DNA of 53,128 nucleotides from an uncultured Bacteroidaceae bacterium (GTDB lineage Bacteria; Bacteroidota; Bacteroidia; Bacteroidales; GCA-2748055): NCBI GenBank assembly GCA_964454295.1, contig CAYVTV010000002.1, positions 1 to 53,128 of the forward strand, read 5' to 3'. Shown piece by piece: positions 45,047 to 53,128 of this stretch (position 1 is its first letter; each line of letters starts with the position of its first letter). The notes under the pieces were generated by a model. It saw only the letters and a program-made list of their open reading frames with translations, ran no database searches and was not told where the DNA came from. The position numbers and the translations under genes were made by a program.

Positions 45047-45185
45047 TGGAAAAGCCGGTGCTCCAGACCACTCTTAGCCGGGGAAGGTTGACCATGCCTC
45101 GCCGGACATAACTAATTGTTTTCAATCATTTTAGATTAATGGCATTCTGGCTGGCTGAATGTGGTCAATGCTTCCGGCTTTTGCA
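45047..45185 (-). mobile_element. R1 MITE-like element, subfamily 2 (copy L)
   Basis: TGGAAAAGCCGGTGCTCCAGACCAC..GGTTGACCATGCC..GAATGTGGTCAATGCTTCCGGCTTTTGCA. Confidence 0.7.
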
Positions 45186-45209
45186 CAATGGTTAAATGCT
45201 AAAGAATTA

Positions 45210-45725
45210 TTAATTATTCATTGGATTTCTATTTTGATAATATTGGGCATGTTCCTGCAATGTCAGCATCTGATCATTATAGAATTTTAACATATCTGCT
45301 ATGTTTTCTTCGGAAGGATTTTCTCTTAATTGCTGCTTCAGAATCTTGTATTTTTCATCAAATTTTTGAAGTTCAGAATCAAATTCTTTCCTCTTTTCAG
45401 GGTTAGAAATATACCTGTAGTTCATCCGGATATTTTGATTAATCCGACTTTTATAGCCATGCTCCACTTTCCAGTATTTAAAAGAAATGCTGGTCAGAGG
45501 CGGACCGAGGTATTCTTTCCACAGGAAAAAAGATATTATGAAAATCAGAACTGTCACCATTCCTACTTTTACCAGGTAAGGCAAAATGTCAATCACCTCC
45601 CTGAATTTGTTTGCTAATTTTTTCAAAAAATGCTGAGCATGATTCTGATCAGGGGGGTACTTATCGAATTTATCTTTGTTATCCCTTATGAATTTTTCGA
45701 GTTCTTCTTCATCCCAATTTTTCAT
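45210..45725 (-). CDS. Hypothetical single-pass membrane protein
   Basis: 171-aa ORF with one hydrophobic helix (VGMVTVLIFIISFFLW). Confidence 0.5.
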   Translation of the reverse strand: MKNWDEEELEKFIRDNKDKFDKYPPDQNHAQHFLKKLANKFREVIDILPYLVKVGMVTVLIFIISFFLWKEYLGPPLTSISFKYWKVEHGYKSRINQNIRMNYRYISNPEKRKEFDSELQKFDEKYKILKQQLRENPSEENIADMLKFYNDQMLTLQEHAQYYQNRNPMNN

Positions 45726-45992
45726 TATTCAGTATGTTTTCAGTTGTTTACAAATATTTGGCACCTAAATATGGGGTGTGTTCATCTAAAGTTACATAAT
45801 TTCACTTATTCCCCGGGTTCTCACATATAATGACGGTTGTTATATGGTCTTCGTTGCATCATGAAAAGCCTGACAACCTGATAACTAATACTTTATTAAT
45901 TTAAATGACGGTTGATTTATTCATGTTTATAGTGATTAGCGACACAGAGTGTTCAGGTATGGTTGCAAAAACTGATTACCAGAATTTCTTCT

Positions 45993-47351
45993 CTAGTATT
46001 TAATATATACGGTTTTTACATTGACAAATTCCCTGATTCCCTGAACTGAGAGTTCTCTTCCGTATCCGGAGAACCCTGTACCTCCGAAGGGCAGACGTGG
46101 ATCAGACTTTACCAGTTCGTTGATAAAAACTGCTCCATCCTTGAATTTATCAATCAGATCGCCGGCTTTGGCAAGATCCCGGGTGAACAGGCTGACACCA
46201 AGACCAAAACGGGTTTTATTTGCAAGTGCAATGGCCTCTTCAGTGTTTCGGAAAATAATCAAAGGTATAACAGGACCAAATACTTCTTCATCAAACACCG
46301 GCATACCGGGTTTTACGTCGGTCATCAATACAGGTTGAAGAAATGCTTTTTCCTGCCTTCCACCATAAATAATCCTGGCTCCCATGTCACAAGATTTTTT
46401 TACCTGCATAACTACCTTTTCAGCCTGTTGAACTGATACCAGGGGCCCAAGGTTAGTTTCCTCATTCATCGGATCTCCCTGTTTTACGGAATTCAGTTTT
46501 TCCAGAAAGAGTTCAACAAACCTGTCATATACTTTTTCCTGAACGATAAATCTTTTTGCAGCTATGCAACTCTGTCCTGCATTTTGTAACCTGGCCATTA
46601 TCCCTGTCGAAACCGCTTTTGTAAGATCTGCATCTTCAAGTACAATGAATGCATTGTTTCCCCCGAGCTCAAGGACAGATTTTTTAATATTTTCCCCGGC
46701 AACAGCAGCTACAATTGAACCGACTTCTTCGCTTCCGGTGAGTGAAACTCCTTTTACAAGTTCATTTTCAATAACCTTTTTTACCCTCCCTGAGCTTATG
46801 ACCAGGTTTCTGAACACCCCTTGGGGAAAACCGGCCATTTCAAAGATTTTTTCAATGTGTGAGGCACAGATCTGGACATTTGACGCATGTTTAAGCAGAA
46901 CAATATTCCCTGCCATAATTGTTGGTACAGCAAAACGAAAGACCTGCCAGAACGGGAAATTCCATGGCATTATCCCAAGAATTACTCCTAGAGGCTCATA
47001 TGAAATGTAGCTTATGTCGGCATCTGTATTAATTAACTCCTGCTTAAGGAAATTCTCTGCGTTAGAGGCATAATAGCTGCAAACCCAGGCACATTTCAAA
47101 ACTTCAGCTTTCGACTCAGTTACTGGTTTCCCCATCTCAGCTGTTATGGCGGCAGAATATAAATCAGTGTTTTCAGTTAATATCCGGCCTGCCTCCCTGA
47201 TCAGAGAGCTTCTCATACTGAAGCTTGTTCCTTTCCAGATTTTGAATGTCTCATCCGCATGGATTATGAGCCTTTCGATTTTCCTGCCGGAGTATTCCCT
47301 GAATTCCCCGATAGATTCTCCTGTAAAGGGATTGATACTTTTCAATATCAT
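45993..47351 (-). CDS. NAD(P)-dependent aldehyde dehydrogenase (succinate-semialdehyde dehydrogenase-like)
   Basis: LELGGNNAFIV (catalytic Glu), GQSCIAAKRF (catalytic Cys) and EEVFGPV. I prefer the start MILKSINPFTGE (comp. 47349-47351) over the track start at 47483. Confidence 0.85.
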   Translation of the reverse strand: MILKSINPFTGESIGEFREYSGRKIERLIIHADETFKIWKGTSFSMRSSLIREAGRILTENTDLYSAAITAEMGKPVTESKAEVLKCAWVCSYYASNAENFLKQELINTDADISYISYEPLGVILGIMPWNFPFWQVFRFAVPTIMAGNIVLLKHASNVQICASHIEKIFEMAGFPQGVFRNLVISSGRVKKVIENELVKGVSLTGSEEVGSIVAAVAGENIKKSVLELGGNNAFIVLEDADLTKAVSTGIMARLQNAGQSCIAAKRFIVQEKVYDRFVELFLEKLNSVKQGDPMNEETNLGPLVSVQQAEKVVMQVKKSCDMGARIIYGGRQEKAFLQPVLMTDVKPGMPVFDEEVFGPVIPLIIFRNTEEAIALANKTRFGLGVSLFTRDLAKAGDLIDKFKDGAVFINELVKSDPRLPFGGTGFSGYGRELSVQGIREFVNVKTVYIKY

Positions 47352-47716
47352 TACATCCAACTTATTGATGATCCCCGAATTTAGTAAAAAAGGTGGAATT
47401 ATTTTCGGAAAAGCGAACCCTGTCATAAGACCTGGATCTGCCTCATCATGCGATATACAATATAACATAGCAGCAATTGCCATGCGGTTCCCGCTTCACT
47501 CTTTGGTAGGATAAATTTAGAGAATCTAGTAGGTTATGATTTGCTTTAGTTATTTCAAAATCCTCAAACAACTCCACTGATATCACCCGCAATAATGACT
47601 AACCAATTGATCTCCTTAAAATTCAGATTCAAATAAATTTGAATTAATCTTATTTCTAAGTCGAGACCTCACAAAAAGGACCTGAAGGCTCGTATATAAT
47701 AGAATGCTTTTATTCA

Positions 47717-47898
47717 AATCCTCTGGCGCCAAATACTGACGCTTTGATCAGCATCCTGACCCCATTACGAGGTGAAGCTTGCCAGGGCGTCAGGATTGGC
47801 GCCAAAAAAAAAGACACCTGCAATTGATCTTAAAAGTATCTTCTGATTTAAAAATAAAATCTGTCCTTCTTTGACCACTTCAGGAGAAGGCCTGAAAA
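47717..47898 (+). repeat. R2 element (copy 10, with an inverted-repeat left part)
   Basis: The left part is TGGCGCCAAATACTGACGC...GCGTCAGGATTGGCGCC (an imperfect inverted repeat). It continues AAAAAGACACCTGCAATTGATCTT...AAATCTGTCCTTCTTTGACCACTTCAGGAGAAGGCCTGAAAA. Confidence 0.7.
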
Positions 47899-48080
47899 GT
47901 ATAAGACATATCAGTGATCATGAGCAATCTCAATAAGGTTACAACTTCTTGCAAACTCACACTTTAATAAAAGACAAGAAGTCAAAATCGACCTCTTGTT
48001 TCTTTTCATTAAATTCTGAAAAAACCGCTATTCAATTATTAAACCTTAGGTACTTGCAGATATAGTATCCGTTATTAAAG

Positions 48081-48380
48081 CTAATAACCCGAAAACCAAA
48101 GTAGCTTGTCAAGCCTGATAACCCAGCATAATTCTTTATCACCGCCGTAAATAGCTTTGCCCTTATCTTTGACTATCTCTTTTATAGTCCAACGCATTCG
48201 GCGCGCTCCTTTATGATAGCCGTTTATAAATTCAACCTCAGTATAGTTTCTTCCTTCGAGTCTCGTATTCCAAAATGGTTTAATTTCACGATATTCTTCG
48301 AATTTATAACCACTCCAAATCATGTCATACCATTCTGAATTCAGCGTCATGGTAAGTAGAGCTTTTTGTTTATCTGGCAT
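48081..48380 (-). CDS. ASCH-domain-like small protein
   Basis: 99 aa. LLTMTLNSEWYDMIWSGYKFEEYREIKPFW resembles the ASCH beta-barrel N-terminus. Tentative. Confidence 0.5.
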   Translation of the reverse strand: MPDKQKALLTMTLNSEWYDMIWSGYKFEEYREIKPFWNTRLEGRNYTEVEFINGYHKGARRMRWTIKEIVKDKGKAIYGGDKELCWVIRLDKLLWFSGY

Positions 48381-48538
48381 GTCAGTAAATATTAGTTAAT
48401 AGGAATGTTTCCGTAAATCTTAGGGCAATCTATCTTAATTCAAAGATTATAGTCAATTGTTTTACCGATCTCAATTGTGAGTGCGGTGGTACCTGGTTTC
48501 ATACCCTTGGGCACATTTGTAACAAATTCATCAAGGAA

Positions 48539-48625
48539 TATTGGGTGGTCACTTTGATCTGCGGAAGAGGGGCAAAATACCCTGCGATTAGGTGGTCTTT
48601 TTAATTTGCGATTAGGTGGTCAATT
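48539..48625 (+). repeat. Cluster of R1-type GGTGGTCA subunits
   Basis: TGCGATTAGGTGGTC occurs twice (48584..48598 and 48607..48621), plus GGGTGGTCAC at 48543. The reverse complement ACAAATTGACCACC matches the inner unit of R1 copy C. Confidence 0.5.
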
Positions 48626-48660
48626 TGTCCGTTTTTTAATCCCTTAAACACTGCTTGTTA

Positions 48661-50844
48661 TCATTCAATAGTAAGGTAGGCCCGAACAGAATTTCGTACT
48701 CCCTTTTTTGAAATAAATTCAACATTCAAGGTGAACTTATCAGATCTGTTTGCGGGCAGCTCTGCTTCAAACGGGAAATGACGGGTTTCCGCCACTTTCT
48801 GAAAATCCTTAAACACCTCAATGGCTGCAATATCTTCAGGATTATCTGCAGAAGGCAGGATTTTTATTTTACCTGTTTTTGGAATCCGGAATAATTCATC
48901 ACGCGTTCCTCCTTTGAACATAAAATCGGCAACATCATTGCCGCTGGTAAAGTGCTCTGATTTTTTACCGTCAGCTTCAAGGGTGAAAGATAGATTTCTG
49001 AGCACCCCCGGCTCGTCCTTGCCGGGGATCCTGTGAACAATCATCCGGTTCAGGGTTCCATTCGCTTCAGCTTTCCCGCCGGGTTCTGCCAGCTGTATAG
49101 TCAGCTGTTGCGGACCACGGGGAAGCCTTAGCATTTCACTCATTGAGGAATACTCCTGTGCAATCAGCAAGCGAGCCGTATCATATTCTGTAAAGATTAA
49201 GTATTCAGCAGGAGGATTATCGGGTTTGAAATCATAAAAAAGCTCTACTCTGTAATCTCCTGTTTCCACAATATCAATATTGAATACCATTAAACTTCCG
49301 GGTGTTGTCCAGCCATTAAAACGGGTGTCTGACTGCCCGTTTTTCCTTACGGTTCCTCCCAGTTCAACATACGCGTCAAGATTTACCGGGGTTCCTCTCT
49401 CTTCCCAGTTACCTGTCTCGTACACTGCCTGCCTGTATGACCTGCCTCCGGCAATTATACCTGTAAACCAGTTGTCTATCGAGAGCTTCAGTTTGCTGAG
49501 CAATTCAGGATATTTTGCGGCAACATCTTCTTTTTCAAACGGATCAGAATCAAGATCATAAAGCTCATATTCAACGGTATCTTTTCCGTAATGGAACCTG
49601 TCAGTACGTATCAGTTTGAAATTCCTGTGGTGAACAGATATTTCACGTACCCTGGGATGGCTTATGTTGATACTTTCACGTGGTATACGGTAAAAATTGG
49701 TATTGTCAAAATAACACCTCTCATCCCAATCCTGAGGTTCTCTACCCTGAAGTAACGGCCACAGACTTTTTCCTGCTACCGGCAAATTGTTTTCCGGTAA
49801 TTTAACACCGCATGCTTCGAGGATTGTAGGGTAAATATCTATTACTCCTGAAAGGTGACTGAATTTCTTTCCTGCTTCAATTTTATCCTTCCACATAATG
49901 TAAAACGGAGATATGGAGCCCCCTTCATATATTGATGCCTTGCCTCCTCTCAGCACCCTGTTCCAGGCTCTTGTCCGCTCAGCTGTCTCAATCTCATTCA
50001 TCCTGCGGTTGGAATATGAAAGGTCAAAACCCGGTGATGGACCGTCGTCAGACATAAACATTATCATGGTCTTCTCTTCAAGTCCTTCCTCTTTTATCGC
50101 ATCGAGGATTTTTCCGATATTTTTATCAACCAGCTCGATCATTCCGTATAACCGTGCCACATGATCGCTATAATTTCTCTGTTTGTATTTCTGAAACAGA
50201 TCCGCCGGACAATTGAAGGGTTCATGTACCGATTGTATTGGTAAGTAGGCAAAAAAGGGCTTTTTCGTGTTCTGTCCGATAAATCTTACGACCTCATCAC
50301 CAAGGACATCCTCAACCGGCCCGTCGGTATTGACAAGCTTGTTGTTAAAAATGAGTCTTGAATCCAAATATTTGTACAAGACGGGATGGATTCCGATATC
50401 AAAACCACGGTTCCAGGAAAAATAAGACCAGGTTTTGCCGCTGTGCCATTTACCGAAAGCACCAGTAGTATATCCGGCTGTTTTTAGAGCATCTGCAATG
50501 GTGGTTTCATCACGGTGAATAAAATCACGGCCGTTATGAACATCCCATACCCCGGTTTCGAGATGGTAACGGCCCGTAAGAAGTGAAGCTCTTGTGGGAG
50601 CCGAAGCAGCAGAACTTTGATAGAATCTTGTGAATCTTGCTCCACCTTCGGCAATACGGTCAATATTGGGAGTTCTGATCTGGGTATTACCCTCAAAACT
50701 TATATCACCATAACCAAAATCGTCAATAATGAAAAGTATCACATTCGGCTTCCCATTATCTGAGACGGATTGATGGTGATCAGATCCGCATCCTGTCATC
50801 TGTGGTGCCATCAGGCATAATAAGGATATCGCACTTTTATTCAT
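48661..50844 (-). CDS. Sulfatase, Ser-type (S1 family), lipoprotein with ~250-aa C-terminal extension
   Basis: NVILFIIDDFGYGDISFEGN and the formylglycine motif with Ser: SAASAPTRASLLTGRY. Lipobox MTGC. The C-terminal third looks beta-rich and CBM-like. Confidence 0.85.
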   Translation of the reverse strand: MNKSAISLLCLMAPQMTGCGSDHHQSVSDNGKPNVILFIIDDFGYGDISFEGNTQIRTPNIDRIAEGGARFTRFYQSSAASAPTRASLLTGRYHLETGVWDVHNGRDFIHRDETTIADALKTAGYTTGAFGKWHSGKTWSYFSWNRGFDIGIHPVLYKYLDSRLIFNNKLVNTDGPVEDVLGDEVVRFIGQNTKKPFFAYLPIQSVHEPFNCPADLFQKYKQRNYSDHVARLYGMIELVDKNIGKILDAIKEEGLEEKTMIMFMSDDGPSPGFDLSYSNRRMNEIETAERTRAWNRVLRGGKASIYEGGSISPFYIMWKDKIEAGKKFSHLSGVIDIYPTILEACGVKLPENNLPVAGKSLWPLLQGREPQDWDERCYFDNTNFYRIPRESINISHPRVREISVHHRNFKLIRTDRFHYGKDTVEYELYDLDSDPFEKEDVAAKYPELLSKLKLSIDNWFTGIIAGGRSYRQAVYETGNWEERGTPVNLDAYVELGGTVRKNGQSDTRFNGWTTPGSLMVFNIDIVETGDYRVELFYDFKPDNPPAEYLIFTEYDTARLLIAQEYSSMSEMLRLPRGPQQLTIQLAEPGGKAEANGTLNRMIVHRIPGKDEPGVLRNLSFTLEADGKKSEHFTSGNDVADFMFKGGTRDELFRIPKTGKIKILPSADNPEDIAAIEVFKDFQKVAETRHFPFEAELPANRSDKFTLNVEFISKKGVRNSVRAYLTIE

Positions 50845-51566
50845 TTGCAGAAAGATTGTTTAATCCCCTAATCGGATAGAATAATACATGAGCTTACTAT
50901 ATGACAAAAAATTCTAATCAATAGAATATTAATATGTTATGTTGTATTGCTAATAACAATTTGTCAGTTTATTTAAAGAAACCGTGATAATCAACAAATA
51001 AAAATAATACTCCCAATGCTGTTTCTAAGATTGGATACCAAGGTCGAAATTAAAGTTACAATAATATCAGATACTTTGAAAAAGTACTTTGATGTTGAAC
51101 TCATCCTGGCTCATATCAATTCCTTTAGATTGATTATCTTAATAACTAAACATTGAGTATTATATTCGAATATGTGAGAACTTTCAGATTGAGATTCCTC
51201 GCAACGATTACAATTGAAGCTTCGAGGTTGATCAAATATGGTCTTAATTATATTACCAACTTGCTTTTTTGCAATGATATAGATAAATTTAACCAATGTT
51301 GCAAATTTTACTCATGTACATTTTGAAAATAATTAAATTATCAACTCTTAAATAATTTTGTTCAACTAACAATAATCGAATTTACACCCATGAATGGTCA
51401 TTGTACTCAATATTCTAATCGTAAAGTACTGTAACAGATTGAAGCCAGGCTCGCTGCAATATATCCTAAACAGCCATTTGATAATTTTGTACCGAATCTG
51501 ATAATTAATGGATCAGTTTAAGACAATTATAGCAAAATATCTTTATAAAAAATCCCATTTTCACCC

Positions 51567-51673
51567 AAACCCAGGCCCCAACCCAACCAAAAAGACACCC
51601 ACAATTGGTCTTGTAAGTGTCTGATTTTAAGAAATCCGTCTTTCTTTGACTACTTCAAAAGAAGATCTGGAAA
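51567..51673 (+). repeat. R2 element (copy 11)
   Basis: AAACCCAGGCCCCAACCCAACCAAAAAGACACCCACAATTGGTCTTGTAAGTGTCTGATTTTAAGAAATCCGTCTTTCTTTGACTACTTCAAAAGAAGATCTGGAAA. Confidence 0.8.
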
Positions 51674-51894
51674 TCCTTAACATAAATGTATAAACAGCAA
51701 GGATTTAATTCTGGATTTGGATGGTCAATTCCAATCGGGAAATTTTTCAACACCAATTGCTAGTCTGCATGATATTAGATATCATTTACATGATGTTGCT
51801 TGAAATACTTTATTTAAATTAGACAGTGTTAACAAAATACTCGAAAACAATCTTTATACCTTCAATATTTAATAACCCTTAATCCCTGACCCAG

Positions 51895-52578
51895 ATGAAA
51901 AAGAGCCCATTAGTTAAAATTCACTTAATAATCATAAGTGTTCTGTTCATCTTAATCGCGAGCAGCTGCAAAAAGGACGATGCTGATACGACGGTTACTG
52001 ACATTGATGGTAATGTTTACAATACAGTTAGTATCGGCTTACAGGTTTGGATGAAAGAGAATCTTAAAACTACCAAATACAATGATGGTACTGCCATACC
52101 AAATGTTACAGACAATACAGCATGGAGAAATTCCACAACATCAGCTTACTGCTGGTATGATAATGATATAAGCAATAAAGAATTGTATGGGGCATTGTAT
52201 AACTGGTATGCTGTGAATACAGGGAAATTATGCCCAAAAGGATGGCATTCACCTACTGATGCAGAGTTAACTACACTTTCAGACTGTTTAGGAGGTGATG
52301 ATATTGCTGGAGGAAAGTTGAAGGAAATGGGTACTACTCATTGGGCAAGCCCTAACGAAGATGCTACTAATGAAAGCGGTTTCACAGCATTACCAGGTGG
52401 ATATCGGAATTGGGATGGTAATTTCAATCACGCAGGCAGTTACACCTGTATTTGGTCTTCTTCAGAGTTGAATGATCTTGAAGCTTGGTTTAGGGAGATT
52501 TATGGATGGAAACCAGATTTTACCAATAGTGAAGATGTCAAGGAGTATGGTTTTTCTGTTCGTTGCGTCAAGGATTAA
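51895..52578 (+). CDS. FISUMP-domain (TIGR02145-like) lipoprotein
   Basis: Lipobox ASSC. Motifs: DIDGNVYNTVSIGLQVWMKENLKTTKYNDG, GALYNWYAV, CPKGWHSPTDAEL, FSVRCVKD. Confidence 0.85.
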   Translation: MKKSPLVKIHLIIISVLFILIASSCKKDDADTTVTDIDGNVYNTVSIGLQVWMKENLKTTKYNDGTAIPNVTDNTAWRNSTTSAYCWYDNDISNKELYGALYNWYAVNTGKLCPKGWHSPTDAELTTLSDCLGGDDIAGGKLKEMGTTHWASPNEDATNESGFTALPGGYRNWDGNFNHAGSYTCIWSSSELNDLEAWFREIYGWKPDFTNSEDVKEYGFSVRCVKD

Positions 52579-52594
52579 GTGCGCCTGGGCGCAC
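52579..52594 (+). terminator. GC hairpin immediately after the stop codon (candidate terminator, no U-tract)
   Basis: GTGCGC-CTGG-GCGCAC. Confidence 0.3.
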
Positions 52595-52699
52595 ACGAAA
52601 AGACCGTGACCAAACAGCCCCGGTTAATATAAGTGAGTTTGCTGTAATCAAGATGATGGACTGCAAACAAGTTATCTCCTTTTGGATTGAAACGAGTTG

Positions 52700-52972
52700 T
52701 TATAAAGAAACAGAAGTCTCAGGAAATTGACTTGAGTTTAACAATCCATATTGAGAACTGTGACCGAGCATAAGTATCCTATCATGAGATTCGATTAGTT
52801 CCAGTAATATTGATTTGGTAATTTCACTTTCGATGACGGTTTTGTTTGCGAGCTGAGCATAAATCTGTGAAATAAAAGTGGCTGGATCTTCTGGATGAAT
52901 AATGAGAGTTTCATAATCAGACCAAAGTAAGCCTTTGATTTGAAGATGCCAAATAATGGTGACTTCAGACAT
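52700..52972 (-). CDS. Hypothetical small protein
   Basis: 90-aa ORF. No motif recognised. Confidence 0.35.
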   Translation of the reverse strand: MSEVTIIWHLQIKGLLWSDYETLIIHPEDPATFISQIYAQLANKTVIESEITKSILLELIESHDRILMLGHSSQYGLLNSSQFPETSVSL

Positions 52973-53128
52973 TTTACCATATTTAAATTGATTGTTCTTT
53001 TGACATAAAATGAAAGATAATTTTCAGCCTTACTTTATCCCTAACCATTAATTCAAACGTCCCAGAACCTACCAGTTAACTACTCCCTTCTATCAGACCA
53101 CTGATTAACAAATATAAGTTTTCTTATT

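Noticed and set aside
7859-45185. Could the recurring R1/R2 repeats be a CRISPR array or arrays?
   Set aside because: Copies are kilobases apart with genes between them. They are 45-180 bp long and internally palindromic, with no regular repeat-spacer periodicity. No cas genes are in the window.
51111-51296. 61-aa ORF in the AT-rich gap, and 26924..27106, 4131..4355, 41285..41467, 41473..41667
   Set aside because: These are short, in AT-rich or repeat sequence, and overlap pseudogenes, repeats or neighbouring gene ends. None has a recognisable motif.
1-53128. tRNA, rRNA, tmRNA genes; transposase or integrase genes
   Set aside because: I saw no T-arm/anticodon-arm-like cloverleaf candidates (no GGTTCGAATCC-type boxes). 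No rRNA-like conserved stretches are present. No ORF has DDE, Y1, tyrosine- or serine-recombinase motifs. A tRNAscan/Infernal run would be the decisive check.

Overview
This 53-kb window looks like a Bacteroidota chromosome. Support: lipoprotein-type signal peptides, three FISUMP/TIGR02145 paralogs, TTTG-N20-TAnnTTTG promoters, and sulfatase/GH genes. All calls come from reading the sequence and ORF track by eye; no searches were run. Ordinary content includes a co-directional minus-strand glycan-degradation operon (9965..18374: GH43/117-like, GH29 fucosidase, SASA esterase, Cys-type sulfatase, GH95-like, SASA-EEP chimera). There is also an S8 protease, a Ser-type sulfatase, an aldehyde dehydrogenase, a TreT-like glycosyltransferase, an MNT/HepT toxin-antitoxin pair and several duplicated small secreted proteins. 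Two things stand out. (1) A family of TIR-domain proteins is built like transmembrane receptors: N-terminal cytoplasmic TIR, one TM helix, then a PEGA+FGE-sulfatase or TolB-N-like+TPR sensor. It occurs as a head-to-tail array at the left edge (1..4091: one gene missing from the ORF track, one TM-less variant, one 19-codon stump) plus a third full copy at 36350..38566. No canonical Thoeris/CBASS partners are nearby. (2) The intergenic space is saturated with at least four unannotated repeat families. R1 is a ~138-bp MITE-like element with 12-nt terminal inverted repeats; it has 9 full and about 7 partial copies, two of which truncate genes, and four copies or fragments lie at or within 5 nt of a stop codon. 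R2 is a hairpin element with 11 copies, all on the same strand. R3 has 2 copies. R4 has 2 copies with a compensatory hairpin, making it a candidate structured RNA. R1 and R2 share a TTGACCAC(A)TTCAG block. Many gene remnants sit at repeat junctions. No tRNA, rRNA, CRISPR array or transposase gene was seen.
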